Assembly: GCA_964016885.1 (NCBI GenBank)
Contig: OZ024741.1
Coordinates: forward strand, 294,934,001-294,998,000
DNA from: Eledone cirrhosa
Taxonomy: Eukaryota
Reading direction: 5' to 3'
Length of the DNA: 64,000 nt
Shown here: piece by piece, positions 38,143-53,613 of the stretch
Position numbering within the stretch: position 1 is the stretch's first letter
Layout of the letters: each line of letters starts with the position of its first letter
The notes under the pieces: model-generated
What the model saw: only the letters and a program-made list of their open reading frames with translations
Told to the model about the DNA's origin: nothing
The model's database searches: none
Made by a program: the position numbers and the translations under genes

Positions 38143-38332
38143 TCGGTGGATTGGTAGTATCGGTAGAGGGTCCGACGCCATGCTTTGACGCATAGAGTTA
38201 CGGCCCTAGCCATTCTGAGTTCAAATCCCGCCGAGGTTAACTTTGCCTTTCATCCTTACAGGGTCGATAAAATAAAGTACCAGTAATGCACTGGGATAAT
38301 TGCTGGCCTTGTGCCAAAAGTAGAAACAATTA
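38143..38332 (+). mobile_element. family A SINE
   Basis: Full head, core and tail; short attattt TSD-like flanks. Confidence 0.9.
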
Positions 38333-41300
38333 TTTACTTTAACTCTCAACTTGTGAAATGTAGTGTTTTGCTCAAGAACACAACACACAACCTAGTCGAG
38401 GAACAAAACACACGATGTTACAATTCACTAATAGGCCATGCACCTTCACAAGACATTGAGCAAAATAATAGAATTACTTGCCTCTGATAATATCAGAAGT
38501 TTAACTCTCCAGAAACAAAGACTTACTTTTATGTATTCAGTTTAATCAATTGTAAGAAAAACATTGTTAGAACATTAAAACAATGTTCTCCATTTAACCA
38601 TTCTGATTCAATTAACTGTACACACCTGTAAATAACTATCACTATATACACACACATACAAACAGTGTGTCATCATCATAATCATCATCATTTTAACATC
38701 TGCTTTCCCTGCTAGCAGAGGTTGGATGTGTCTACATAAACTTAGCACTGAAGCAGTGGCTACTGATCTACCAGACAAACCAGGGATCTGTTGTCTCACC
38801 TATGTATAGTCTTATGAAATAATTTAAGCTCCAATAAATTGTCCCAGGTCAACACTTTCTTAACTGACCAATGATGAAAGATGTTTTTGCTTGACCTTTC
38901 CCTCTTTTTCTTTGTACATTCATGGCAACATTTTTCAATGTGCTGCCTTTTTTTTTTTTTTTTTTTTTTTTCAAGATATTATGGTGTGATTTGAAAGAGA
39001 TACAACTGCTATTTCTAACAGCCTTAGTAACTATGTAGTGGTTCCTTTGTACAACTCCAATAAGTTAGCTTTGACTGGTTGTGAAAAGTAAACCTAAATA
39101 ATGTTTTTTTAATGATTTCTATACCTGGTTTAACCTTAACTATAAATATTTCTGTGTGGGAGCAATCATGTTTGCATGTGTTTCATTGGTTTATGTGTTT
39201 TTAAATAATTTCTTGTATTCTTTTCTGACATTTTAATATCTTTTACTATATATGTTCAGAGTTAGATAGATAAATTTCCAAAGTCATAATGCTGTCCATA
39301 CAGAATGTTTTAAGAGTATGAGTTTGTATGCATGTATATAAATACATTTGTGCTTACATGTGTGTGGCTGCAATGAATATGTTCAGGCTTACACATATTG
39401 GTAAAATCGCAAATCTTGTATAGTAGAGTATTTTAACATAAATAATCTAGTATGGGTAAAAAAAACAGCACAAGTATTGATTTCAAATTCCACAGAACCC
39501 TGATACAGTTACCATGTTGCATGTATTCACTCTTGGAAATTATCTTCTTTTCTTTCTTTCTCTCTTTCTTTTGCTGTTTTTCTCCTTTTTTTTTTCTTTC
39601 TTCATTTGTATATATTTCACTCCATGGCTAATATGTATTCCAAAAAATATTCCCAGAAGATGCTCATCTGTACGTTCATGCAAACACAGATGCAATGGTC
39701 TACATATGTACACAGACAAATGTTCCAAGTGAACATATACACCCACCCACACAAATCAATTGAGTTAGTGTTGTTTGGGTAGAAAACAATAAATCTGGTG
39801 TCTTTTATCAGGAAAAAACATAATTTCTAGAAACTGCTATTGTAAAAAGAACCATGCAATTGTAACAAGATACTTAAAAATATAAGGAAGTATTTGATAA
39901 TGTTACGAAAATACACACATGATTATATCATCATCACCATGGTTGTTGTTGTTGTTGTTATTATTATCATTATTACTACTACTACTACTACTTCTTTTGG
40001 CATAAAATTAGTGCATCCATCAGTTTTGACTTTATTTCTAGTATACTCAATAACTGCCTTTAACATTTCATGAAAGATATAAATTTGAGATCTTTTATTT
40101 TGTTTGTTTCACAGTCATGTGATTTCGAGTTTCATTCCGTTGCATGGTGCATTGGGGTATGTTGGCATTTTCAAATTTATAGGCTCATACTAACTAGCCC
40201 ATCTATTCCTCCTCCCCTTGATTTGGCCTGGTGATCCCACTGCTTAGAATAGAACACTATCACATCTTGTAGTGCCAATTTACAGCTAGGTGGAATGCAC
40301 TATTAAAACCTAAATATCATGGCTATGAACATAATTAAACAATGATAACAGAACATAACCCATAACCTCTGGCCTACAAAACTGCTAACCTATTAATATA
40401 TCTCTTTGTGAAGCCAAGCAGAGTGAATTATGTATTGTTAGGGCCTTATCACAGAGTCCATCACTTGGTTTCAATTTCAAGTTGGTACAAGACTGCTTCC
40501 AGGTCCCCAAAGGGGAGAAAGAGCTCCTATAAAAATTCAAGGGAGCTGAGATGTTTAATTTAAAAAAAGATTATTAGATATTCATGGGCTCTCTTGGCCC
40601 TGGACAACTGTACTGGCTGACCCCAACTCCAACAAACTTTTCTAAGCCCTGCTTTTCAGAGACTGTGAATATCACAGTACCATATTTTTCTAAACATCTT
40701 TGGTTTTATGCTTTTATGAGAAATTATCATTATTAGTTGTTGAGAATACACTTTAAATAGAATGCATTATAAAAGATTTAGGAAATAATTGATAAAGTGA
40801 AGTGACACCTACGGATCACCTGCTGATTTGGGTAGAATTAATTTTAGGTTAGGAGGTCAAGAACATTTGTGGTGGTTTTCATTATTTCTGTGTATTGATT
40901 ATTGAACCCAGAAAAGGGAACTCAATAGAAGGAAGAAAATGTAGAGAATTGCTTGAACTTGAGAAGACATTACTGACTAGCTTATTCATTCAAGTAGAGA
41001 GTAGTGTGTTACATATGGTTAGGAGAAATTTATTTGGCAGCTTTAGTTCATTAACTTAGAATGAGACAAGAGTGCTTAAGTGAGAAGTTAAGATAAACAC
41101 AAAAGTATTTTCAATAGCTAGTGTAGAATAATAGTTTATTGAAATGATAATCACATTTTGTTCGATCTGATGTTGTATGAGCTATAGAAACAATGGAAAC
41201 ATTTACATGCATCTTTTAAATGATAATCTTTCATGCAATAAAGAGCAATTCTGTTTATCTCTTCTTAATAGACAAATGTTGCCAACTTCACTGATAGTGA

Positions 41301-42179
41301 ACTAGTAAATATACTAGTAAAGCACCCAACTATAGCATTACACCTTACTGATCTTACATATTTCATATTTATTTTTGTTGTTGTGTGATCCAGCAAATTG
41401 AGGGCTTTCTCAGCACTTGTAACTTTGTTAATTATTTTGTTTTTGTATGGGTTCTTCTGTAATAATATCAAGAAAGTTATGTGTGTGTGTTATTCTTATC
41501 ACTTTGATGCAAAGAAGGAAATGAATGACAATACCTAGCTGAAAGTAATTACATTCCATCTGGCTAGCTGACGGATTGTTTGTCAGGAGAAATAAATGAT
41601 GGGGAAACTAATTTTATCCACCATGTATTCAACTCCATTGATATTGTTATTCATTTCTAGACCTTTCTTTTTTATTGTGGTTAGTTGGCTATAAGCCACT
41701 AATGCTATTATTTCTAGCGTGTAATATTAATGTTTGACATCACACTTTAAAGTGGCCACTTGGATATATTCAGCAGTTGATAGAAAGATGGTAACATGTA
41801 GCTATTCTTGTATTGAATAGCTCTGTACTTTAAATAGAATACTCTCATGGTTGGTGGAGTCTTATAACAGCTTACTTAGACTATTCAAAGTAGTAAATAA
41901 ATGTTCTAAATGTTCAAGATTTGTCAGTTGAAAGAAAGGGTTTAAAACAAATGTCAAAATGTGATTTGTAAAGTTCAAACTTTATTTTAGCCATTACACA
42001 TAGTGACTTTTATATGTAAAACTCTTACTCTCTCATCTGATAGATTACCATTAGTTAAGTTCTATAACTAATAGTCACATATACATTACAGTTATAAATA
42101 AATTGTCAGTGGATTGGCAGAATCTGTACAGTGTCATAACACTTTGTAGTATTTAGTCACACCACTTTAAATATAATAA

Positions 42180-42340
42180 TAATAATGAAATTATTGTGTA
42201 CAGTGCTCTTGTGCACTACAACTCATCAAAGGTGTGCATGTATAGTACATAGAACAATGTATAAATGTCAGGAAAGTGAACAGTGTATGCATCATGATAT
42301 ACATGTGTGCATGTGTATGGAGGAGGATATCAGGTGTTTT
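42180..42340 (-). mobile_element. CR1-like LINE 3'UTR fragment
   Basis: Matches 55940-56080 and the reverse complement of 53812-54245. Confidence 0.7.
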
Positions 42341-44321
42341 AGGATCAAATTCCACCAGGATCAACTTCAACTTTCATCCTTCTGGGTTGAATAATAGTAC
42401 AAGGTAAATCATATTGTGCTGGACCATGGGAGTTACCAGATAATGACATGCTGGATTTAAGAGATACAGCCTGTAGTAAATAAGCCATATTTAGTTGTTA
42501 AGCTTTTTGATACCAAACTACCTGAAACAAACCCTATTCCTATGATATCAAACAGTTTGTTTTAAAGTGTTTTTATTTACCTAAAATCCCACCATTATAG
42601 CTTTTAACTTTGCCTTTCATCCTTACGGGGTTGATAAAAATAAAGTACCAGTCACGCACTGGGGCCGATTTAATCTACTTTCCTCTCCCTCAAAATTGAT
42701 GGCCTTGTGCCAATATAAGAAACCATTATAGTTTTATCCAAGAACCTTTGTTATACTCCAGATACCAGCTTAATAATTAGAAAGTTACTTATATTACTTA
42801 ATCCTTCCAAATTCATAATTATTGTCAAAATTATTTGAAAATCATAGGCAGTGTCTTTCATTAGAAATAAGGTAAGAAAAGGATTAAGCCACAAGAAATC
42901 AGTCATCATCATATTAGCCTCTGGCTTTTTGCTCAAACTACAGTATTGAATGTGTGTGATAATCAAATCTTATCTGTCTCTCATTTGAATATCAGTGCAT
43001 GGTTGGGTAGCTGGTGGTAAGTTTATTTTAACTATTTCAGTCTTTATGATATGAGAAGACAACACAGAAAGTGATCAGTAAATAAATATTACAGAGCCAA
43101 TAAGGATAGTTATTAATTAAAGTAGACATGAATGGCAGACATCATTGCTGTATGGAAGATATTAATTATATGCATTTACATTACTGCTTGGTAATTATAT
43201 CACAGCTGTAACTGAGCTTCATGTTATAATGAAGTCCTTATATTGCTATTTAGATTGTAATATAGGGAAGTGAGAGGAGTGGCAAAATAAGTAAAATGTC
43301 ACATTAAATGCCTTGTGGAATTTAGTTACATTGATTTGTGTTTTCAGTTCAAATCCCACTGTGATCAACAATGCACTCTTTCCTCCAGGGATTAGTAAAA
43401 TAATTAACAAGATTCAGTCAATTATAATACCTCAACCCTCCCCTGCAAATTTCTGGCCCATTGCCAATATGAGTATACATTGGTAGATTGATAGAATTAG
43501 AGCATTGGTCAAAATGCTTTGCTCTATTTGATCTAGTTCTTTATGTTTTGACTTTCAAACCTGCCTTGGAGCTGGTAAAATAAAGCACCAGTCATGTACT
43601 AGGGTAGATTTAGTCAACTAAGCTCTTCCCGAATGTTTCTGCCTATGTTAAAACAATTATCATTTTTAACAAACAAAGATGGATGGACAGACAGTATCTG
43701 TAGAGCATTGAACATGCTTTGTGGCATATGGTTACGGCCCTTTATCTTCTGAGTTCAAATCCTGCCAAGGTTAACTTTAAAATAAAGAATCAGTAAAAGT
43801 GTAGGCCTAGTGTCTAAATCAGAAACTATTATTTAACAAACAACAGAAAATGAATTGGAATTTATATCACACTGCATATAATATTTAATTACTGGATATG
43901 TGTGAAATGTTGGAGTGGTAGTAACTGTACATTACTGTTCAGGTATTTATCTCACAGCAGAAAATGTTTGACTGTAAACAACCTGTGATGATTTAGCAGA
44001 AACTATCTAAACACAAGTTCGTTATTTCAAATATTTATAGTATCTTTTCTGGGAAGATTTGCGGTAGTAAAGCCATTAATTTTTCATGTGACGCAGACAG
44101 TGCCATTGCATACTTTCCAAGCATGCTTTATGGGTGTGGTTTCATAAGGTACAAGATGTTAAGAATTAACTTCCAGAGATGTGATGTTAGAGTTATAGTA
44201 ACAATACTGTACAGCAGATAACATTTAATTACTGTGGTATATGGGAGAAGTAGCAATAATACAGCACCGTACAGGTATTTAGTTTTGTTATACATTTTAC
44301 TAGGGTTGACTTTAATTAATT

Positions 44322-44495
44322 CTTTCTACTTTTTGGCACAAGGCCAGCAATTACCCCAGTACATTACTGGTACTTTATTTTATCGACCCCGAAAGGATGA
44401 AAGACAAAGTTAACCCTGGCGGGATTTGAACTCAAACCATAAAGGAACGTAACTCTATGCTGCAAATCATGACGTTTTACCCTCTACCAATACTA
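44322..44495 (-). mobile_element. family A SINE
   Basis: Reverse complement of tail, core and B box. Confidence 0.85.
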
Positions 44496-47400
44496 GGGGG
44501 GGTTAATTAATAGAAAGCAAATTGACAGTCATTAGTGTGTAGGGTAAAATTCCATGTGGTATTTGTTCTGGCTCTCTCTTTAAATTTTACTGAAATTAAC
44601 TTCACCTTTCATCCTTGATAAAATATGGGTCGTGGATTATCAGGGCATCAGGCATTACTTCCAGCTCTTTGTATTCTAAATACAAACCCCACCATGTCTT
44701 CTTAATCTATGTCAACCAATCTAACAATTCCACATGGCCCATGAGTGTTTTTAACAGAATCTCCTTTGTTACAAGCATTCAGGCCTTATCTCTTGTTTGA
44801 GTGTACCTTTCTTCCTCTCTCCACCACTCTCAGATGCTCTGAAAAGGGTCATGAGTGGGAACTTCCCTTCTCTCTTTCTCTCCCTATGGAAATAGTAGAA
44901 AAAAAGCTAGCCATTAAACTAAGTAGTAGATATGTATTAGATTGATTTAGTATGTTCTTCATCTAAGATGTTTGTCCAAAATAATTATTGTAATTAACTT
45001 CTATAATGATACTTATTACATTATTGCTAATCATTTTATATTTCTTCTTTTACTCAGTTGCAGATATTGCTATTTGGTTACTTCCATAGAAATAATGATA
45101 TACCATCATGTTTATACAGATATTAGTTTTTAATTACTGCTATAACATAGATAGAGTTCACTAGATATTGCTCCTGATTTACTTGCATGCAAATATTGCT
45201 ATAAATAGTTTCCTAAACTGCTTTCCAAATACTCATTATTCTGATAATGTAATGAAGTTAGTGATGTTATGAAGATAAATTTCTAACTTTCTCCCTATAT
45301 TTATATTGCATACTTTCACAATTATAGTTTAAAACTCTGTCTTTTGAGATATGAGAGTTTTGTGTTTCTATAGTGTTTGATATAACCATAATATATATTA
45401 TTTGTTACTATGAAAATAAACATCTTCTAAACAAGTTTGCTTGTTTTTCCTATTAGTAAAATTTCTGATTGATTTTAGTATTTTATTTTATTTATTTTTT
45501 TAGAAATATAACTAACGGCTTTTGTTAGCTGTAGTTTTAAAGCTGATATACTCAATAAAGTATCTTGACCGTTTTCAGAAAAGTATAATTGTCATTGTTT
45601 TGAAATAGATGATTTGTCCTGTAGGTTTTCTGCTGAAAATATAGAAAATTCATTTATTGACATGCATCTAGTATGTTAGTGGTTAAAAAGTATTTCTCGA
45701 GCTTCTAGGCTCATGAGTTCAGTATCTATACCTGTTTTATGTGACATTAGGCAAATAATATCAATCTGTCACAAGGTTAACTAACCTCTAATTGGTGCTG
45801 GTACTCATTTTTCAACTGAGTGAACTGAAGCCATATAGGATTATGTACATTGCTCACATCAAATCACTATCTGGGAATTGAATCTATAATCATATGATGC
45901 TGAGCTTAATTTTCTAACCACTAGACTACGTGTTTTCACCTATCACCATCATTTTTACATCCACTTTCTTTTTTTCTACACTAACATGGGTTGGACAGGC
46001 TCTTTTCAGCACAACATCTCTCCACTCTTTGCATTCCTTGTGTGAGTCTCAGTGATTTGAGATCAACTCTCACCATCTCCACCCATGTCGTCCTTAGTCT
46101 ACATCTACTGCAGCTTTCTTCCACTGAATTTCCTGGCACTTCTTCACCAAGTGATCATCACCCATGCACATCATATGTCCATATCAATGCAGTCTTCTTT
46201 CTTGCACACCACTTCGGATTCCTCTTAAACCCAGTTTCTCCCTCAGTCCATCCAGGCTCTGTCTATCTCTCACATTAATATTGCACATTATCATCATAAT
46301 CATTTTTATGTCTGTTTTTCCATGCTTGCATCGGTTGCACATATCAGTGGTAAAAGCTGGGAGAAAGACCCAGTACCCAGGGCTTTCACAGTTCCTTCAG
46401 TACCAAAGAAATAGATGTCATGAATTCCTTTAGCAAAGACGAGCAGGAAGAGCGTATCAGTGGGACTGAACAGGAAAGACTGAACAAAGTGGGTGATGCA
46501 GGGTTTGGGGGTTGGACATAACAAAAATAATTGTTTCTACTTTATAATAATAATTGTGAAAGAATACTTCAGTAGAGGTGGCACAAGATGAGCCAGCTCC
46601 ATGGAGCAGAAACAATGGTAGTAGTGGTAAAAGAAACAGAGGGAGAAGATGACATGTTTGTGGGCTTGAGGGTAGAGTGTGTCTGTGAGTGACATTAGCT
46701 TTTCTCTGGGAGTGTGGTCAAGGATTTTTGCATGAGCAACAGTAGCACTGTCTCAAATGTGGGAGCTGTATTCTATTGTGAATCTCACCATAGAAACAGG
46801 TGTTATAATGATTAGAATGATAAAGGAAAACCATTGATTTTAAGCTGTTTGTCAAAACATTTTATTTTCATGAATGTACATATATAAGCAGGATTGATTA
46901 ATATATTAATTTTATTTCTTTATTTATGTCTTTCATTTGCCTTCTTTTATCTTGCACATGGCAAATTTATTTTGGATTAGCAGTGAAGAAAAATAATAGA
47001 AATATTATTAGAATGAGAAAAAATCTTCCTAAAAGTAAACGTTTTATATATCAAATAGATAGATGATAGAATGTTATATTCTCTGTGGTCTATCTAACAG
47101 TGTTAGGAGTTACATGCGCTATTAAATTCTAAGAAAATAAATTAGATTTTTGTTCAAACTGTCTAACAATTTCAGAAAATATCAATTACTTTTTTAAATA
47201 TTGAGAAATTTCAAATTTTGTAAACCTTAATTTTTTTTTTTTTTTAAATTAAATACTGCATGTGGCTTTTGCATTTAATTTACCATATATACTTATGTAT
47301 AAATTTCATCTGTTTCCATGAAAATACAATGTGAAAAACTAGTGTATGACTTATATAGTAAACTTACAAAACCATTCAAAATGTATGGTGCATAGTCAAT

Positions 47401-47586
47401 GTTGTATGTAAAATGGTAGTGACTTATCTACTGGTGTGACTTGTACTTGAGTATAAATGGTAATCTAACTTAACATTTTTGACACCAAACAATCTGAGAC
47501 CTCCCATGGTTAAACTGTTTATTTTAAAGTGTTTTCCAAAATCCTTTCATTATAATTTTATCTAAGTATCTTTGTTGAGTTATGCT

Positions 47587-47812
47587 TTAACCCTTAAGCA
47601 TTTAAATCGGCCATATCCAGCAATAATGTTCTCACCTCTTTCTGTTCAAATTGACTATAGCTGGCTGCTTTTGCTTATGTTAAGGTATTGCTCTCAAAAT
47701 AAATAACATCAAAATCTCATAGATTCAATATTATGTTAGATAATCATGTAAGATAACCTTTACCACAAAAATGCAATAGTATATATAGAATAATGTATAT
47801 GCTAAAGTGTTA
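47587..47812. mobile_element. second TTAA MITE family (inverted copy at ~60657-60893)
   Basis: TTAACCCTTAAGCATT..ATGCTAAAGTGTTAA; shared TTTAAATCGGCCATATCCAG / CTGGATATGGTCGGTTTAAA. Confidence 0.6.
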
Positions 47813-49849
47813 AAGCACCAACTTAATAATTATATTATTGTATAGTATGTTGACCTGTAGCTCCTGGGGGAACTTTAGGTATGCTGTATTGACATACAGC
47901 GTTTCTAGGGCATTTTAAAAAACCTGATGGAGCCCATCTCTTCTCCTGGTCTGAATACAGCAGATTTCTTTCAGAGAGGATAGAGAGTGAAAGAATGAAA
48001 GTGAGAGAGAGTTATAGAGGAAGAATCGACTCCAATACTAGACTGGAACTTTTTTATAAACCTTGAATGGATGAAAGGCAAAGTTGACCTTGGCAGGATT
48101 TAAACTCAGAGAGTAGAGAGCCACAATGAATACCTCAAAGCATTCTATCTGACGTTCTAACAACTGTGTCAATTCACTGCCTAATTATATTACTAAATCT
48201 CTCCAAATTCTTAATTATTTTACAAATTATTTGAAAATTATAGGCCATGTCTTTCATTAGATATATGGTAGCAAAAGGAGAAATGCTGAGGTTTTGAAAA
48301 AACTCTGATAAAAGGAATGCTATAGCTTTATCAAGACAGTATTTATTGTGATATTTTGATATTTTGAATATTGTACTGGGATTCATGATAAACACGATAA
48401 TTGCACCCAGTATATGATGTAATGTCGTTGGTGATAGGAAGGGCATCCAGTTGTAGAAAGCATTCCAAACAAAGGATTGGGAGGACCCTTCATTTGTGTC
48501 AAGGATATGATGATCTACATGATAAAACATCCAGTACACACTGTAGAATGGTTGGTGATAGGAAGGACATCCAACCATAGAAAGCTTGCCAAACAAAGGG
48601 CTGGGAGGATCCTTTGGCTGTGTCAAAGACATGACAAAAACCTCTCCTGCACACTATGTAAGAATGTACATAAATGTGCTGCAGAGATCAGTAGCCACCA
48701 CTTCAGTACTTGGGAAAGCAAATCTTAAAATGATGATGATGATATGTTTTAAGATATTCTTGTTACAAGTCACACCTAATCATTTGACTGACTATATTTT
48801 AGATGTCCTCTTTGATCAGAACTAACCTGGGGTTACACAACAACATTAATCCTTGTTTTCATTCATGTTTCTATCGTAGAATAGTTTAGGCATGTTTACA
48901 ATGGTTTCTTTTGATGTGATTTAGTATTTCATTCTTTTAGCTTGTAAGGCTCTAATATTCTCAGGCTTGACACAAACATTTCTTCCCTATCTCTTCAACT
49001 TTTTTTCTCCTGGTCATCTATTGAAAACTCACACCATCTTCAATTTAGATAGCAAGAGAAATAATGAGATAACAATTCTTCATTCTTCCATAAATGATGT
49101 AATATTGGTGACCTAAAATGTTTTTAAATAGGATAAGTATTGTAACAGATTATCAATATTTTTCTTTAACTGTTTGAATGCCAGTGCCATTTTTGACCTT
49201 TTACTGCCCCAGAAAAAAATTAAATGTTACTTTTCACATTTTCGAAAAAGATTGTTAAAAGTAAAATAAAAGAAGTATGTTGATTAAATTTGCTTTAATT
49301 TGTCTGGGTCTGTGCTTCACAAACTAAACTAAAGCATACCAGTACATCTTTGGCATATAAGTGAGAGGTAATAAAATGTAGCAATACGTTTTTGGCAACT
49401 CTGTGTCACATTTTATTTATATATTACATATGACATTACTTCTACATATGGTATACTTCCTTCAACTCTTGTACCACATGAAATAGATTTAGTAAGACAT
49501 TTTTTCAAAGTACAAAACAGCTCTATAACTGCATTGCATTGAAAATTAAAGTCTTTAATACTGAAAATGTTCACAACAATCTGTCCAATAGTAAAGATAC
49601 TATAAGCATTTAAATTAACAAACCTGTTTTGAATAATTTCTGCTAAATCACTCAAAAGTCTTAAGTGTTAACCCTTATAGCAATGCTAGGCTGATATATC
49701 AGACTTGATAACCTAGCCAAAAACATTATGTGGGTAATATATTGACATAAAAATGTAATGGTTTTCTGTTGTTTTTGATAATCAACTAATCATTGGGTTT
49801 CATATTGCTATATAGTCCGAAAGGGCAGATAAATAATCAATTGCAGAGT

Positions 49850-50150
49850 ATGATGGAGATAGAGTCAGTGATGAATGTGGTGAAGAGGAATGGAATAAAA
49901 TGACTGGGTCATGTGTTGAGGAAATATGAAAGTAACTTGGTGAGAGGAGTGATGGGAATAGAGTCAGTGCTGAATGTGGTGAAGAGAAAAAGGAATGAAA
50001 TGGTTGAGTCATGTGTTGAGGGAAGATGAAAGTGATTTGGTAAGAGAATAATGGTAATTAATGTGGAAAGAATAGAAGGAAAGAGAAGGCAAAGAAAGGC
50101 ATAGCTAAAGATGATGGAAGAAATAAGCTAGGAAGTTAGTAAGGGGGAGG
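49850..50150 (+). mobile_element. old RTE C-terminal fragment with ~99-bp tandem duplication
   Basis: Two copies of ATAGAGTCAGTG.TGAATGTGGTGAAGAG..GTCATGTGTTGAGG encoding a W(L)GHVLR-like motif. Confidence 0.55.
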
Positions 50151-51386
50151 GGTGCCTACGATATGACACAATGGAAAAAACTTGTCATGGGACCCACAAG
50201 GCTAACATCTGCTTTAGCAAGGAAAATGAACCTGAAACACTTGTAGTGAAAATGACAAGAGAACTGAAAGGGTTAAGTTGAATAAAATGAAATTGACTTG
50301 CTTATATATTTTAATCAGTCTTCTTACTACTGTCATATGAGAAATATATGTGTTGGTAAAATTAGATGTTGGTACAGTTCCAGATTACACACTATTGATT
50401 CAGAGACTGTTTTACATTTATCTTAGAACATGATGATTAAAGTTATGACCTAATTTAGGGGGAGGAGGAACCGTAATAAAGTAGAACGTGTGATTTCTTA
50501 TAACATATTGACCTACTGAACAGAAGAAAAGTGTTAAATAATAAATTTAGAAAAATGTTCATTGATTACATCATATTTCTCTCTTGGAATTATTTTCCAC
50601 CTTTTTTCCTTATCATCCACTACTAATATTTAATCTATAATTTAACATTCACATTTTTTCTTATTGATTCTACCAACAACACTGTTACATAATTATTTTT
50701 TATCCATTTTCTCACAAGCTGTAGAGCTTGTCTCTAGATGGTCATTCAATCTGCTACACAACTAAATTTTATTAAATCAAACCTTACTATTTCAAAAAAG
50801 GACTGATACATTCTCTAACTTAGTCCTAATTATACAAAAATATGTAATGGTCAGAGCTTGAATGCCTTTGATCATAGTTTTCTTTTAATCAAGGTTGATC
50901 TGGGGCTACATAACTACAATAAACAATTTTTTTTTCATACAAATCTCAGTATAGCTAAAACGTTAATCTCAAATATATAATAGCCAATGTGTTCGTTGGT
51001 TGGCTGGCTAGTGGGCTGAATGGTTCTCTATATCTTTAGATATAGAGAAAATTATCTTATGGGTTGAAGTAGGAGTATACATATTGACTGAAGTGGTAGG
51101 TAAAGAACAAGGAAGTTGGATAGGTGAATTACAATGAAGTGAGAATGCACATGTTCATATGCACATATACATTCACACAAACACATGTGCATACGCATTC
51201 ACACATACACATGTGCATACGCATTCACACATACACATGCACACACAAATAACTATCATTTGCTTACAACACTTGTATGAACTTGTATTTTCTTCTCAAG
51301 ATTTCTTTATTGATGAATGGAATAAACATATATGAACATATATGTTCTTATAATTGTAGATGGTCATTTTGCCAATAGAAACACAT

Positions 51387-51451
51387 GCACTCTTTTAGCC
51401 CTTGCACATTCTAGCTGTCACATCCTGGATGTGCAAGGGCTAAAAGAGTGT
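51387..51451. ncRNA. pre-miRNA-like hairpin (candidate)
   Basis: cactcttttagcccttgcacat pairs perfectly (22 bp) with atgtgcaagggctaaaagagtg; ~15-nt loop. Confidence 0.35.
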
Positions 51452-52841
51452 TATTTTCTTTTTTTGTTTTTGTTTTTCTTTTATTGTTTAAACAGGGAGA
51501 GAAGAGCATTGCCCATGACCCATTTCAGAGCCTATGTGACTGGTTGAGGAGAGGGAGAGGGAGGGAGTGAGAGAGGGAAGAAGGAAGGTATCTTCAAATT
51601 GGAGATCTAGCCAAAATGCTTGTAACATAGAGAATTTTACTAATAGCACCCAAGGGCTGGGTAGTGGTGGTGATAAACCAGGTGATGGATTATGTCTACC
51701 ACTCAGGTCACAGCAAAATTTGAACTCAGAATGCAAAGATGTAGAATAAACAGTGCTGTTTCTATTTGTATTAAAATGCTAACAAGTCATCCTTGGTTGC
51801 AAGTAACAGTCTTAGTTTTTAGTTTACTATAACCTGTGTGTATCTCTGGTTTTGAAATAAGTTCACCATTCCCTTGCATCTTGTCAGAGCTGATTATAAA
51901 GGATAGCATCAGAAAGGATATCCTGATTGTAAATCATTGCCTCAAATGCCCATCCAACCCATAGTAAAGTGGCTGTAAAAAAAATAATGATGATGATATA
52001 ACAAAACTATAATTAACTTCCCATTCAATTCATACAACTTCACCCCCAATACTTTTAACAGTGTTGATACTTTAAATTACTTTTTCTCTTCTTTTTTCCT
52101 ACTTAACCTCTTTACGTGATCATAGTTGGTATATTTGTTTTATTTCCAACTTGTGTGAATGCAAAATATTTTCATTTCTACCAGCAGTGATTGCTTGTGT
52201 TTATTCAGTGACAGCTACCAAACACTAAATTACAGTTCACTGTTATTTTTGACAATCAATCTTACACTGTTTGGATCTTTATTGAAAGAGTATAGTGCAC
52301 GTGAGCTCCTTGCTTTTCCACCTCCTCCTCTTACTCTTCTCTCCTTTAAAATACCCGTTGATTTATCAATAATCTAAACTGCTATATATATATTGACATT
52401 GGCACCTGTCTCTGTTTTCTTCCAGAAAGGAACTGACTCAACACTTTTATTTCATTATTTTTTTTCTTTGTATTTATTTTATTTTCAAATACTTTAATGG
52501 AAAAAAAATTGCAATGTGTAAATAGTATTGAGATGAAATCATTAAAACAGCTTTGACAGAATATATTAACAACTCACAGTTTACACCTTACAACACTATT
52601 TTACACTTTAGCAGCAGCAGCAGCAACAACAATTTCTAATTTTGGCACAAGGCCAGAAATTTTGGAGGCAGGACTTGGCTGGTATTTTATTCTATTGACC
52701 CTAGATGCAAGAACATCAGAAATCACAACAAATACTACAAGGCACTTTTTTCAGGCCCTTAACAGTTCTGCCAATTGACCACATTCTTGATTGATTGGTA
52801 GGTAATAATAATAATAATTATCATTATTATAATTCTAATGG

Positions 52842-53160
52842 AGGGCGGTGGATTGGCAGTATCGGTGGAGGGTCGGACGCCATGCTTTCCAGCATGGTGA
52901 CATCCCTTTACGATCTGAGTTCAAATCCCGCCGAGGTTGACTTTGCCTTTCATCCTTACGGGGTCGATAAAATAAAGTACCAGTAATGCACTGGGTAATT
53001 GCTGGCCTTGTGCCTAAAGTAGAAACAATTATTATAATTCTAATGGCGGTGGATTGGCAGTATTGGTAGAGGGTCGGATGCCATGCTTTGACGCATAAAG
53101 TTATGGCCCTTGCCATTCTGAGTTCAAATCATGCCGAGGTTAACTTTGCCTTTCATCCTT
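52842..53160 (+). mobile_element. tandem pair of family A SINEs
   Basis: Full copy 52842-53030 with TSD attattataattctaatgg, followed directly by a 3'-truncated copy. Confidence 0.9.
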
Positions 53161-53613
53161 AATAATAATAATAATAAATTAATTAATGCATGTGCATAAT
53201 AAAAGATGGATAAAAGGACAAAACAATCACAAACACTAAAAATAAAACGCTACAGAAAGTGAATCATTCATGACATCCTTTACTTTGAATGTAATAATAT
53301 TAATTATATATATATATGAAGACCTATACATGCAAAAGCATAAAAACTGTGCCCAACAAAAAGGATGAAGGGCCATACTTTACTCCACAAATGCCATTAA
53401 GAAGATGAAAATGCAATAGTATTCACATATTAAAGCTGGGAGAAAAATTACTCACACCCCGATTTAAAACTCAACCCCAACAAAGTAACAAACCTAAGCC
53501 CAAAAAAATATATATATCACAAATTAAAATAGAGCATCTAACACAAAATGTTTCCGCTCAGTAGCTTTGAAATATTACTTGTTAGAAAATGTGTGTGAGA
53601 TGCTTGCTTAGTA

